A stretch of DNA of 64,000 nt from an uncultured delta proteobacterium (GCA_963785725.1 CAWAWS010000026.1:214401-278400), one strand, 5' to 3'; shown: positions 1 through 9,666, counted from the stretch's first letter. Program-made: numbers and translations. The notes: generated from the letters alone by a model not told the origin.

Positions 1-945
1 GACGCCGGAGTCGCCGCTGGCCTGCAGCGCGTTGTCGCCGAGCTCGCGCAAGAGCTCGCCCAGCTCGCCGGCGGTGCCGAGGACGAGCGCCGCGTCCGAG
101 CTCAGGGCGCCGAGGTCGACGTCGACGCGCACGCCGAGCGGCACGCGCGTGCGCAGGTCGGCGGCGGCCGCGGCGACGAGCGCGGGCAGGGCGACGGGCT
201 CGAAATCGCGGTCGCGACGCTGGCCGCTGAACTCTTGGACACGCTGGGTCGTGGCCGCGCCGGCCAAGGCCACGGCGCGCAAGCGATCGAGCGCGGCCGT
301 CGCCGGTGGCGAGTCGCCGACGAGGGCCACGAGCGCGCCCGTCTGCGCCAAGATCGCGTTGAGCACGTTGTTGAAGTCGTGGGCGATGCCGAGGGCCATG
401 TCGCCGAGGGCGCGCATGCGTTCGGAGCGGACGAGCTGGTCGTGCTCGCGCTCGGCCGGGCCGGCGCCGGCGAGCGGCTCACGCGGCGCGCGCAGGCGAC
501 GCAGGGCGTGACCGAGGCCGACGCCGAGGATCGCGAGATCGACGGCATCGATGGGCGCGTCGTCGGTGCGCGCGAACAGCGCCAGCACGCCGACGGCGGG
601 ATCGGCGACATCGAGCGGTGCCAAGTCGACGCGCGCGAAGCCGGCGCCGTTGGCCCACGCGTGCAGCCGATCGATGCCGGCGGCTTCGAGCGTTCCCGGC
701 AGATCGTCGGGCAGATCGAGCGTCAGGCCGTCGGCGGCCAAGCGCTCGGCGGCGGCGCGATCGGGGCCGTCATCGCCGCGGCCGACGAAGAGCGCGGCGG
801 CGGCGACCTCGAGCTCGGCGCGTGCGGCTTGGCAGGCGCGCTGCGCCAAGTGCTCGGCCGACGTCGCGTCGGCGAGCGCGCCCAAGATGCGCGCGACGCC
901 GCGGGCGCGCATGAGCGGCGTCGACGACGGCTGCGACGAGGACAT
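1..945 (-). CDS. Sensor histidine kinase with GAF-like N-terminus; partial, runs off the window edge
   Basis: Translated by hand (absent from the ORF track): H-box ERMRALGDMALGIAHDFNNVLNAIL and N-box ELLRELGDNALQA; ATG at 945. Confidence 0.85.
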   Translation of the reverse strand, partial: MSSSQPSSTPLMRARGVARILGALADATSAEHLAQRACQAARAELEVAAAALFVGRGDDGPDRAAAERLAADGLTLDLPDDLPGTLEAAGIDRLHAWANGAGFARVDLAPLDVADPAVGVLALFARTDDAPIDAVDLAILGVGLGHALRRLRAPREPLAGAGPAEREHDQLVRSERMRALGDMALGIAHDFNNVLNAILAQTGALVALVGDSPPATAALDRLRAVALAGAATTQRVQEFSGQRRDRDFEPVALPALVAAAAADLRTRVPLGVRVDVDLGALSSDAALVLGTAGELGELLRELGDNALQASGDSGV

Positions 946-998
946 GAACGGGCACGGTAACGCGGCCGGCGCGCGCGTTCAACTTCGGCGCGTGTGAT

Positions 999-1637
999 TT
1001 AGACGCGCAGGTACGTCGTCAAGAGGCGCGCGATCTCGTCGATGAAGGCGTCGCTGGTGGCCTCGGCCGGCCGGTCGGCGAAGGCGGCGTGAATGACGGC
1101 GTGCACCGCGGTTCCCGCGACCCACAGCGCGAGCTCGGCGTGCTTGCGGCGCCCGCGCATGCTCGCGACCCAGCCGGCGCCCAGCTCGGCGAGCGCCTGG
1201 TCGGCCTCGGTCGCGATGGGCCGAAGGCCGAGGCGGGCGCCTTCCTGCGTGAAAACCCGGTGCAGGTCGGGCGCGACCGAGTGCTGTGCGACGAGCGCGA
1301 CGACCATGCGGCGCACGGTGCGCGCGGCGCTGGCGCGTTCGCCGGCGGGCTTCGCGTCGGCCACGCGCAGCGCGGCCAGCATGGCGCCGCGGCTCTCGGC
1401 CACGTGCTGCCGATAGAGCTCGGCGAAGATGGCCTCTTTGTTGGGGAAATATTGGTAGAGCGAGGCGATGTTGACGCCGGCGCGCTCGGCCACGCTGTTG
1501 GTCGTGAAGGCGTCGTAGCCCTGGCGCACCAAAATGTAAGCCGCGGCTTGCAGGATGGCTTCGACGGTGGCGCGCGATCGCTCCTGACGCGGCGATTTTC
1601 GCTTCTCAATCGGCTGGCGCTTCCTCTGGGCGGGCAT
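999..1637 (-). CDS. TetR/AcrR family transcriptional regulator
   Basis: PRQERSRATVEAILQAA...TTNSVAERAGVNIASLYQYFPNKEA helix-turn-helix. Confidence 0.93.
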   Translation of the reverse strand: MPAQRKRQPIEKRKSPRQERSRATVEAILQAAAYILVRQGYDAFTTNSVAERAGVNIASLYQYFPNKEAIFAELYRQHVAESRGAMLAALRVADAKPAGERASAARTVRRMVVALVAQHSVAPDLHRVFTQEGARLGLRPIATEADQALAELGAGWVASMRGRRKHAELALWVAGTAVHAVIHAAFADRPAEATSDAFIDEIARLLTTYLRV

Positions 1638-1649
1638 GCAAGTAGACAT

Positions 1650-1671
1650 AACGTAAGCGTTAACTTACGTT
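1650..1671. promoter_or_regulatory. Inverted repeat, candidate TetR operator
   Basis: AACGTAAG-N6-CTTACGTT between the divergent tetR and yeaQ-like genes. Confidence 0.6.
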
Positions 1672-1692
1672 TTGCAAAGGAGGAAGCGGCAC

Positions 1693-1956
1693 ATGGACAT
1701 CTTAGGGACGTTTTTCATTGGCTTACTGGTGGGCTTCGTGGCGCGCGGGCTGCATCGCGGCGAAGACAAGATGGGCATCTGGGCGACGAGCTTGCTCGGC
1801 ATCGGCGGGTCGGCCATCGCGACGTTCGGCGGCCAGGCGCTGCACGTGTATCGCGCCGGCGAAACGGCGGGATTCGTGGGTGCGACGCTGGGCGCCGTCG
1901 TGCTGTTGGTCATCGGCAACGTGCTCCGGCGCGTGCGGCAATCTCCGCAAGGTTGA
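1693..1956 (+). CDS. GlsB/YeaQ/YmgE family (transglycosylase-associated) membrane protein
   Basis: IGLLVGFVARGL...LLGIGGS...GFVGATLGAVVLL; AGGAGG RBS upstream. Confidence 0.9.
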   Translation: MDILGTFFIGLLVGFVARGLHRGEDKMGIWATSLLGIGGSAIATFGGQALHVYRAGETAGFVGATLGAVVLLVIGNVLRRVRQSPQG

Positions 1957-2552
1957 TGATGCGCGGCCGCGGCGTTCGGTTCGCCTGGCTGGTCGTCGCT
2001 GCGTGGCTCGGGTTGGCGTCCGGGGCTGCGTGGGCGCACGAGGATGTGCCGGCGGTGCCTGGCGAGCCGACGGCGGGCATGGTGACGATCGAGTCGACGC
2101 GCGCAGGAGCGGTCGTCGAGCGGCGCGTAAACCAGGTGAAGGGCTGGTCGATCACGTTGCCGTTTCCGGCGTTTACGCTGACCGAACAATGGGAGCCGGT
2201 GTGCGTCGTGCCGTGCGCCATGCGGCTCGAGCGCAACGCGGTTTACAAGGTCGACGGCGTGGGCGTGGCGCCGTCGGCGGCGTTCGTGCTGCCGCGCGGG
2301 CCGGAGGCGCTCGGGCTGCGCGTGAGCGCGGCGTCGAAGCTCGGGCGCGACGCGGGCGTGGCCGCGACCGTGGTCGGCGTCGTCACGGTCGTCGTGGCGG
2401 CGATCGTGGCAGGCGGCGCGGCGACGACGACGCAGGCCGGGAACCGGCTATTGTATGTCGGCGCGCCGGGGCTGGCGGTGACGGCGCTCGGCGCGATCCT
2501 GTGGGGGGCGAACGGAACGCGCGTGCGCATGAGCGACGGCCGATCGTTGTAG
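1956..2552 (+). CDS. Hypothetical exported protein with C-terminal transmembrane helices
   Basis: TGATG overlap with the upstream stop; signal peptide ending AWA; CVVPC motif; two hydrophobic C-terminal segments. Confidence 0.7.
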   Translation: MMRGRGVRFAWLVVAAWLGLASGAAWAHEDVPAVPGEPTAGMVTIESTRAGAVVERRVNQVKGWSITLPFPAFTLTEQWEPVCVVPCAMRLERNAVYKVDGVGVAPSAAFVLPRGPEALGLRVSAASKLGRDAGVAATVVGVVTVVVAAIVAGGAATTTQAGNRLLYVGAPGLAVTALGAILWGANGTRVRMSDGRSL

Positions 2553-2594
2553 CCGCGTCATCCGTCATGTTTGCGGCATCGTCGGAGCTGAATG

Positions 2595-2638
2595 AGGCCG
2601 CAGGCGCGTGCGCCAAGACCTTGGCGCGTCTGCGGCCT
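2595..2638. repeat. Long GC-rich hairpin between convergent genes (possible terminator or REP-like element)
   Basis: AGGCCGCAG...GCGCCAA-GACC-TTGGCGC...CTGCGGCCT. Confidence 0.4.
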
Positions 2639-2712
2639 TGGACTGGAGGCCTCAGAGCGCGCGCCAAGACCCAAAAAGTGTTCATCCCGCCCCGCCTTAT
2701 CCCAGGGTTCGA

Positions 2713-2740
2713 ATGTCTGATAAGGCGTATTATGTCAACT
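2713..2740. other. dif: dif site (XerC/XerD chromosome dimer resolution site)
   Basis: ATGTCTGATAA-GGCGTA-TTATGTCAACT: 11-6-11 layout, inner ATAA/TTAT symmetry, XerD arm close to E. coli TTATGTTAAAT; intergenic and AT-rich. Confidence 0.85.
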
Positions 2741-2770
2741 GACCGCTAATCGACAACGCTGGCCGTTTCA

Positions 2771-2917
2771 TCACACGGCGGCGTCGTCCTCGTCGGGGCC
2801 TCGATACTCGGCGTTGTTCGGGTTGAGTTGGTCGGCGTGGTTGTCGAGGCTGTCCCAGTAGGCATCATTGTTCGGGTTCATGCTGTCGCTCCGATCGTCG
2901 TTCGGATCTCGGCTCAT
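2771..2917 (-). CDS. 48-aa acidic Asn/Asp-rich small protein with two NPNN repeats
   Basis: Strong RBS AAGGAGaccaccATG; MSRDPNDDRSDSMNPNNDAYWDSLDNHADQLNPNNAEYRG. Confidence 0.7.
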   Translation of the reverse strand: MSRDPNDDRSDSMNPNNDAYWDSLDNHADQLNPNNAEYRGPDEDDAAV

Positions 2918-3496
2918 GGTGGTCTCCTTCAAATGGTTCGGGCCGCGTACGATGCGAGGCTTGCGTGAGAGCGCGAAGGCGCGTCTAAAGATGCTCAGTT
3001 TGTTCTGCAGCGACGGCGCTCCGCCTTCGCCGAGGGCGAGCGCAGCTTCTCGCCGCGATTTGTGTTTCCCGTCCTTCATGGCGGATTCGAAGCGAGCAAG
3101 CTGATACGGAAGCTCATCATCGAGAGGACGACCGGCGCGCTTCCTGGGGACATTCTTGGCGGCTTCCGCCTCAGCGCAGGACACAAGAAACGGCGGGCAC
3201 TCGATCTTGGCGGCGATGCTCGTCTTCCCGTTGACCACGAGCCAGTCGACGATTGCAGGAGCGTGCTCGGGAAACAACCGCGCTAGCCGCGTGAGGCGGC
3301 GCGTTTCCTTCGGCTGCTTCGTCACCAGGTTCTTAGCCTTGGCGATTTCAGACTCGATAGCAGCGGTATTTGCGCCCGCTTCGGGAAACGCGAACTCGTC
3401 CGAACTGGCAATGATGAAGGCGCCGATGACAGGCTGATCAAGTGCCGTTGGTGCCGTCCTCGAGGGGCATTTGATGACGATGTCGAAGGTCCGCAT
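2771..3496 (-). CDS. Hypothetical protein with atypical, lower-GC codon use; possibly fused to the small NPNN ORF
   Basis: 241-aa ORF; TAGCTT 6 nt before ATG; basic helical segment near the C-terminus. Confidence 0.45.
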   Translation of the reverse strand: MRTFDIVIKCPSRTAPTALDQPVIGAFIIASSDEFAFPEAGANTAAIESEIAKAKNLVTKQPKETRRLTRLARLFPEHAPAIVDWLVVNGKTSIAAKIECPPFLVSCAEAEAAKNVPRKRAGRPLDDELPYQLARFESAMKDGKHKSRREAALALGEGGAPSLQNKLSIFRRAFALSRKPRIVRGPNHLKETTMSRDPNDDRSDSMNPNNDAYWDSLDNHADQLNPNNAEYRGPDEDDAAV

Positions 3497-3817
3497 GCCT
3501 CAAAGCTAGCCAGGCACGGGCGGTGCGGCTATCACAGAAATCACCTCGGGGACGCGCCGCCGAGGCGCCGCGCCTGTCCCCGCGATCAGCTCAAACACGA
3601 GCACCACCGTGAAGCCCTTGGCAGCCATGCAAAGGTTGCATGCCACGGTATCGAGCGTAGAACCGCTCGTGGGATCGCGGATGGATGGGCCCGTCACCGA
3701 GGCGAGAACCTCCGAATCGCTCGCGGCTTCTTTTGAAGCGCAGGTCGGGACAGCGCTCGCGCTTACCGCGCGCGCAACGACGGGCTGCGGCGTGCAGACG
3801 GTGCCCGAGGAGATGAG

Positions 3818-5044
3818 ATGTCCGCCCCTTCCAAGCGAACGCGGATTGGCCTCGACTGGCTCAACTTCCTGTTGGCCGACGTGCAGACCGGCGTGGGGCC
3901 GTTCCTGGCCATCTACCTCGCCGGCTACGGCTGGAACGAGGAGCGCGTCGGCCTCGCGTTGACCATCGGCGGCATGGCCGGCATCTTGGCGCAGACGCCG
4001 GCCGGTGCGCTCGTCGACGCCCTGCGCCAGAAGCGCGCCATTATCGCCACCGCGGTGGCGGCTCTCGCCGCCGGTGCGCTCGCGATCGCGCTGTTTCCTT
4101 CGTTGGGACCGGTCGTGGCAGCGCAGATCGTGATCGGCGGCACGTCGAGCGTCCTCATCCCGGCGATCTGCGGAATCTCCCTCGGCGTCGTCGGGCACGC
4201 CGCCTTCGATGCCCGCCAGGGCCGCAATCAGACCTTCAACTCGGCGGGCAACGTCACCGCTGCCGTGTCGATGGGCCTGCTCGGCTACTTCGTGTCCAAT
4301 CGCAGCATCTTCTTTTTCGTCGTCGGCCTGGCCATCCCGACGCTGCTCGTGCTGCGACTCATCCGACCGGACGAAATCGATCACCGGCTGGCACGCGGCT
4401 CCACCGACGGGACGACCGCCGGCAGCGCCGAACGCGTGCGCGCACTCTTCGCCGACCGCCCGCTCGTCATCTTCCTCGTCTGCGCCGTGCTGTTCCACTT
4501 CGCCAACGCGGCCATGCTACCGCTGCTCGGCGAGCGGCTGGCCAAGGGACGCGGGCGCAGCTCGATGCTGTTCATGTCCGCTTGTGTCGTCACGACGCAG
4601 CTCGTGATCACCCTGCTCGCCTCGTGGTCGGGCCGCCGCGCCGGCGCCTGGGGACGCAAGCCGCTCCTCGTGATCGCGTTCGGCGTCTTGCCGATTCGCG
4701 GCGTGCTCTATACGTTGACCGCGAGCAGCGCCTGGCTCGTCGCCATCCAGGTGCTGGACGGTATCGGCGCCGGAATCTTCGGTGTCGTCTCGGTCCTCGT
4801 CATCGCCGACCTCACGCGTGGCACCGGTCGCTTCAACCTCACGTTGGGCGCCATCACCACGGCCGTCGGCATCGGCGCCGCGCTGAGCCAGGTCATCGCC
4901 GGCAGCCTCGTGCACCACGCGGGGTTTCGCGTCGGCTTCCTGTTCTTATCCGGCGTCGCCGTCGCCGCCCTCGCCATCCTCTACTTCTTCATGCCGGAAA
5001 CCCTCGAGACGGTGCGGCGACCAGATGACGCCAGCGCGCTGTGA
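3818..5044 (+). CDS. MFS transporter
   Basis: About 12 hydrophobic segments; GALVDALRQKR loop motif; GAGGAG RBS. Confidence 0.93.
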   Translation: MSAPSKRTRIGLDWLNFLLADVQTGVGPFLAIYLAGYGWNEERVGLALTIGGMAGILAQTPAGALVDALRQKRAIIATAVAALAAGALAIALFPSLGPVVAAQIVIGGTSSVLIPAICGISLGVVGHAAFDARQGRNQTFNSAGNVTAAVSMGLLGYFVSNRSIFFFVVGLAIPTLLVLRLIRPDEIDHRLARGSTDGTTAGSAERVRALFADRPLVIFLVCAVLFHFANAAMLPLLGERLAKGRGRSSMLFMSACVVTTQLVITLLASWSGRRAGAWGRKPLLVIAFGVLPIRGVLYTLTASSAWLVAIQVLDGIGAGIFGVVSVLVIADLTRGTGRFNLTLGAITTAVGIGAALSQVIAGSLVHHAGFRVGFLFLSGVAVAALAILYFFMPETLETVRRPDDASAL

Positions 5045-5123
5045 CGCGACGCTGATTGCAGGTCGTTGGCGCTCACGGATGTGCCTCCTTGCGCTCGATC
5101 GCGCGCGGCTGGACAGTAGCGCA

Positions 5124-5711
5124 ATGACCGAGCCCTCGAGAATCCGGCCCACGCTTGCCGTCATCACCGTCAGCACTCGTCCCGGGCGCGCCGGCTTTCC
5201 CCTCAGCACGTGGATCGTCGAGCGCGCCCAGGCGCACGGCGCATTCGAGGTCGCGCTGGTCGATCTGCGCGACGTGAATCTTCCGCTGTTCGACGAGGCC
5301 CGTCACCCGCGTCTCCGGCAATACGAGCACGAGCACACGAAGCGCTGGAGCGCGACGGTGGACGCCGCCGACGCCTTCATCTTCGTCACGCCCGAGTATG
5401 ACCACGGGACGCCGCCCTCGTTCATCAACGCGCTGGTTTATCTGGTGCAAGAGTGGGCGCACAAGCCGGTCAGCTTCGTCAGCTATGGTGGCCCGGCGGG
5501 CGGGACGCGCGCGGTGCAGATGGTCAAGCCGATGTTGGCGGCGCTGAAGATGGTGGTGCTGCAGGAGTCGGTGATGGTGCCGCTGTTCATGCACAACATC
5601 GACGACAGCGGCGTGTTCCGCCCGAGCGAGCTGCAGCAAAGCCACGCCACCATGATGCTCGATGCGCTCGTGAAGTGGGACCAGGCGCTCACGCCGATGC
5701 GAGCCCAATGA
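5124..5711 (+). CDS. NADPH-dependent FMN reductase
   Basis: STRPGRAG, FVTPEYDHG, VSYGGPAGG motifs. Confidence 0.93.
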   Translation: MTEPSRIRPTLAVITVSTRPGRAGFPLSTWIVERAQAHGAFEVALVDLRDVNLPLFDEARHPRLRQYEHEHTKRWSATVDAADAFIFVTPEYDHGTPPSFINALVYLVQEWAHKPVSFVSYGGPAGGTRAVQMVKPMLAALKMVVLQESVMVPLFMHNIDDSGVFRPSELQQSHATMMLDALVKWDQALTPMRAQ

Positions 5712-5920
5712 GTCGACGATCAACGCGGTGGCCCATCGATTGGGGCTGGCGGCCCGTCGTGATGGGCGGCGCGTCAGCTGCAGTGCGCTTGCTGGCGCCC
5801 GCGGTCCCGCCGTAGATGAGGGCGGCACGACTGCACGATGGGTACGCGGCGTTGGTGCGGCAACCGCGTCGCCTTCATCGTGCGACGACGCGGTTGCGCA
5901 GCGTGATGACGAGGCGGGTC

Positions 5921-7432
5921 TTACAGGCCGTTCAGGTGCCAGGTCTGCGCGACGGTGCCATTGCAGTCGTAAATCTGCACTTGCGTACCGTCGGCGGCCG
6001 ACGCGGCGTTGATGTCGAGGCACTTGTTGCTGTTGGTGTTGATGAACTCGACGTTGCCGCCACCGACGTCGACGATGTTGAACGACTGCGCGCCCGTGCC
6101 GTTGCAGTCCCACAGCTGCGCCTTGGTCAGGTCGGCCGTGCCCGACGCAGAGATGTCGACGCACTTGTTGCTGTTGTCATTGACGATCTGGTAGTTGCCA
6201 TTGGCGACGGCGACCTTGTGGAACGTCTGCGCGGCCGTGCCGTTGCAGGTCCACTCTTGGATCTTGGTGCCGTCGGCCGTGCCCGCGCCGTTGACGTCGA
6301 GGCACTTGCCGCTGAAGGGCGCGGTGATCGTGCCCGAGCCGCCGCCGCCGCGCGAGCCGCCGAACGTCACGGTGAAGTTGTTGCCCGAATTCGAGGTCGT
6401 CCAATTGCCGCCGCAATTGGCCAGCGAGTTGATGACCCAGTTGGTCCACGACAGGCCCGGAACATTGATGCCGTTGCCGTTGATGTCGCTGATGGCGAAG
6501 TTGTCGTACGTGAGCTGGCCGGTCGTCGGCACCTGATCGCATGACGTCAGCGAGTAGACCTCGAGCACGCCGCCGAAGATCCAGTCGTGCGGGTGGCCGA
6601 ACGACGACGTATCGAACTCCGACGCCTGGCCGGTGCGCTCGTCTTTGGTCTCGATATGCCAATTGTCGCAGATGCCGGTGTCGGAGTGGCAGCTGGTTCC
6701 CGTGTTGGTGCCGAGGATGGTGTCGCCGGGGTTGACCGGGACCGAGTCGCCGTATTCGGCGTTGCCGCCGCCTTCACAGCAGTTCCAGCTCTGCACGAAC
6801 CACTGCGCGTTCTCGTAGGCGAGCACCGGCTGCAAGATGGTGCCGCCGTCTTTGCCGTCGAGCGTCTCGGTGCCCGGGAAGAAGAAGAGCACCTGGCCCG
6901 CCTGCGCCGGCGTCGGCGGCACGACCCAGCTCGTCTGCAGTCGCGAGACGCCGGGATTGAAGGTCGAATATTGCGCCAGCGACCAGCCTTCGACATCGGC
7001 CTCGGCGTCGAGCGGCTTGACGACGGGCAGCGTGTCCGGCTTGACCGCCGGCTGCGCCCCGCCGATGCCGGGCGCGTAGTTCATCCTCCCCGCAGCGGCC
7101 GCGATGGTCGGCTTGCCGGCGGCGTCGAAGTGCGGATAGGAGCAGACCGACGTCGCGCGCGCCTTGCCGGTCTGCGCGACGATGGTGCCGTTGGTTCCCA
7201 GCGTCTCGTTGCCGTTGACGTGCACGAGGCACGACGGGTGGAAGTAGCCGACCGGCGTCGCCACGTAACCCGCGGGAACGCCCGCCGGCAGGACCGGAGG
7301 CCGCGCGACGATGGCCTGGCTGCTCGAGCCTTCGGAGCCGGCGCCGGAGATCTCGCCGTTACATCCCAGTCCTGCGATGCTCATCGACAACGCCAACGCG
7401 GCCAGTGCCTTCGGTACGGTCCAATGATTCAT
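5921..7432 (-). CDS. Lipoprotein: uncharacterised beta-sandwich (possible glutamic peptidase-like) domain plus C-terminal ricin B lectin
   Basis: GGAGG RBS; lipobox GLGC; three KCLD/KCVD...CNGT.AQ ricin subrepeats. Confidence 0.8.
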   Translation of the reverse strand: MNHWTVPKALAALALSMSIAGLGCNGEISGAGSEGSSSQAIVARPPVLPAGVPAGYVATPVGYFHPSCLVHVNGNETLGTNGTIVAQTGKARATSVCSYPHFDAAGKPTIAAAAGRMNYAPGIGGAQPAVKPDTLPVVKPLDAEADVEGWSLAQYSTFNPGVSRLQTSWVVPPTPAQAGQVLFFFPGTETLDGKDGGTILQPVLAYENAQWFVQSWNCCEGGGNAEYGDSVPVNPGDTILGTNTGTSCHSDTGICDNWHIETKDERTGQASEFDTSSFGHPHDWIFGGVLEVYSLTSCDQVPTTGQLTYDNFAISDINGNGINVPGLSWTNWVINSLANCGGNWTTSNSGNNFTVTFGGSRGGGGSGTITAPFSGKCLDVNGAGTADGTKIQEWTCNGTAAQTFHKVAVANGNYQIVNDNSNKCVDISASGTADLTKAQLWDCNGTGAQSFNIVDVGGGNVEFINTNSNKCLDINAASAADGTQVQIYDCNGTVAQTWHLNGL

Positions 7433-7898
7433 TGAGCGCCTCCGTTTGTGCAGCGACTTCGATTGACTGCTCGTCTCGGCGACCGCGATGGGCGGAGCCA
7501 CGTCCTGCGAATCGAGCAGCGCGACAAGTCAGGGCGCGTGCGTGGACGAGCTGCGAGCACGGTCGGCTCGTCAACCGGCGATGTCCACTTCCACGGTTCC
7601 GCAGTCTGCAGTCACAACGAGCTGCACCGCGCCGAGACACTTTCGATCGCGTGCAGGAGCAACTGTCGCGCCACGCTGGGCTGCCGCGAGGCCCACGTGG
7701 GACAACGGCTTAGCGGCGCTCCTCGCGACAATCCGCGAGCGAGAGAATCCCCCACCTGTATCGCATCGGAAGCGAATTCACGTGGATCTGCCTTGGATGT
7801 CGGGAAAGATGATTGGCCGATATCGAATCGTCGTCGTCCTCAGATACAGACACCGACTCGAGCGGCCGAATCGGAAATGGGGCAATGCGGCGCGGCGA

Positions 7899-9559
7899 TT
7901 AGGGCTCGAGCGATCGGACGTGCGCACGCAGTCGCGAGACCCGCGCCAGCGCTGCATCGACGGCGGCGGCGCCTTCGGCGTGGCTGGCGCGTGCGAGATC
8001 GAGCGCACGCTCGGCCGAGTCAGACACCGCGCGCAGTCGGGACCGGATCTCCGCTTCCAGCGTGCGCCGACTCTCGAGCACCCGCTCGATGAGGTCGTTC
8101 TGCAGGCGCGCGCTGTTCGTTTCCAGCATGTGTTGGAGGTAGGCTGCGGCGTCCTTCTCGATCGCCGCGAGCGATCGGCGCCGCGGCCGCACGGCATCGG
8201 CGATGCGCGTCCACACCGACTCGGGGACGACGGTCAACAGCTCGTGAAGGAAGAAGCGGCTCTTCACTCGAAATCCTTCGCCCATGATCGTCGGCGACAG
8301 TCCGCGGATGGGGCTCGCCGACAGAAAGCGGTTCGCCAGATCGACGAAGCGTTGCATCGACTCGCGGTAGAGCGCTTCGGCCGCCGCCTCCTCGTCGTGG
8401 AGCCGTGGCTCGAGCGAGTCTTTGGAGAGCTGTTGCGCGAGCGCGATCGCTCGTTGACGCAAGGCCGCGCCGCGCTCCTCGGTCGCGGCCAGCGCGACCG
8501 CCAGCGCCCGGAGGGTCGCGGCTCGCGCTTCGGCCAAGAAGGTCGCGCGCCGCCGGTCGAAGGTCGCATTCAGCCGCTCCTGCTCGGCGGTCATGCGGTG
8601 GCCGAGCTCGGCAAGGGCCGTCTCGGCCTCGGCCACACAGCGCTTGAGCGCGACGATGCGCTGCTCCGAGTCGGCGACCGGACGCGACAGCGCGCCCTGT
8701 CGTTCGTCGAGCTCGTGCAAGAGCTGCTGCGCGAGCAGCGAAAGGCCGCGCTCCTGCGCGAGGCGGACAGATCGGCTCCCGCGTGCGCGGCGAGCGTGCA
8801 CAGCGCCGCGTGCAGCTGTCGCCAGTCGTAGGTCTCGAGCCCGCGCAAGCGCTCCGTCGCGCTCACCTCGAACACCGGCGCCGCGCGACCGAGACGTTGG
8901 CCGACGATGCGCTGCGTGAACGCGATCGCCTGCCGGCGCGCGACCTCGCTCATGCGATCGGCCTTGTTGAGCACGAAGAGCAGCTGGCGAACGTGCTCGG
9001 CGACGGCGACGACCAAGTCCAGCTCGTCGCCGGAGATCGGCGGGTCGGCGCCCACGACAATCAGCGCCACGTCGATGTGGTGCAAAAAGCCGCGAGTCAC
9101 CGCCGTATTCCCTGCGAAGACCGACCCGATCCCCGGCGTGTCGACGAGGCACAGGCCCGACGCCAAGAGCGGGCTCGGCGTCGACAGCTCGACGAGGGCG
9201 ACGCCTTTGACGTTCTCGGGATTGGCGCTCTCGCAGACGAACTGTTCGATGTCGTCGGGATCGATGTCCTGCCATTGCCCGCTGACGAATCGGACGCGGG
9301 CGTGCGCGGCGCCTTCGCGAACGAGGGTGACCGCCGACGTCACGGGAATGACGCCGACGGGCAGGCGCTCGCGTCCGATGAGCGCGTTGATGAGCGTCGA
9401 TTTGCCGCGTTTGAATTGGCCGATGCAGGCGACGTAGAACAGTCCCTCGGCCGTGCGCTGCGCCAGCGCCTCGGCGTCGCGCGCGAGATCGGCCCGTCCG
9501 AGCTCCTGCGCGAGCGCCGCGGCGGACCGAATCGAGCTTTCGGCGCTGCGCGCGTTCAC
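7899..9559 (-). CDS. Bacterial dynamin-like GTPase; one frameshift near 8768
   Basis: G1 GQFKRGKST, G2 PVTS, G3 DTPG, G4 NKAD; helical C-terminus continues in another frame; AAGGAG RBS before GTG 9559. Confidence 0.88.
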
Positions 9560-9611
9560 CTCGTCTCCTTCGTCAGTTGGGGCGGGCGCGAAGCCCGCGG
9601 TGTCCAATGTC

Positions 9612-9666
9612 GTAGGAGTCATTGGCCGTGCCCGATGGCACAGCGGTTCGGGCGAGCTCCACCGCC
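9612..9666 (-). ncRNA. Fluoride (crcB motif) riboswitch
   Basis: GGCGGTGGAGCTCGCC-cg-AACCGC-t-GTGCC(ATCG)GGCAC-GGCCAATGACTCCTAC; P1 GGCG/CGCC and pseudoknot GGAG/CTCC present. Confidence 0.88.

Noticed and set aside
2700..2720. GGTTCGAAT resembling a tRNA T-loop
   Set aside because: No cloverleaf or acceptor stem; it abuts the dif XerC arm
7899..9559. Dynamin as part of an anti-phage or paired-dynamin operon
   Set aside because: Single gene with no partner dynamin or defence genes; the upstream riboswitch points to fluoride control
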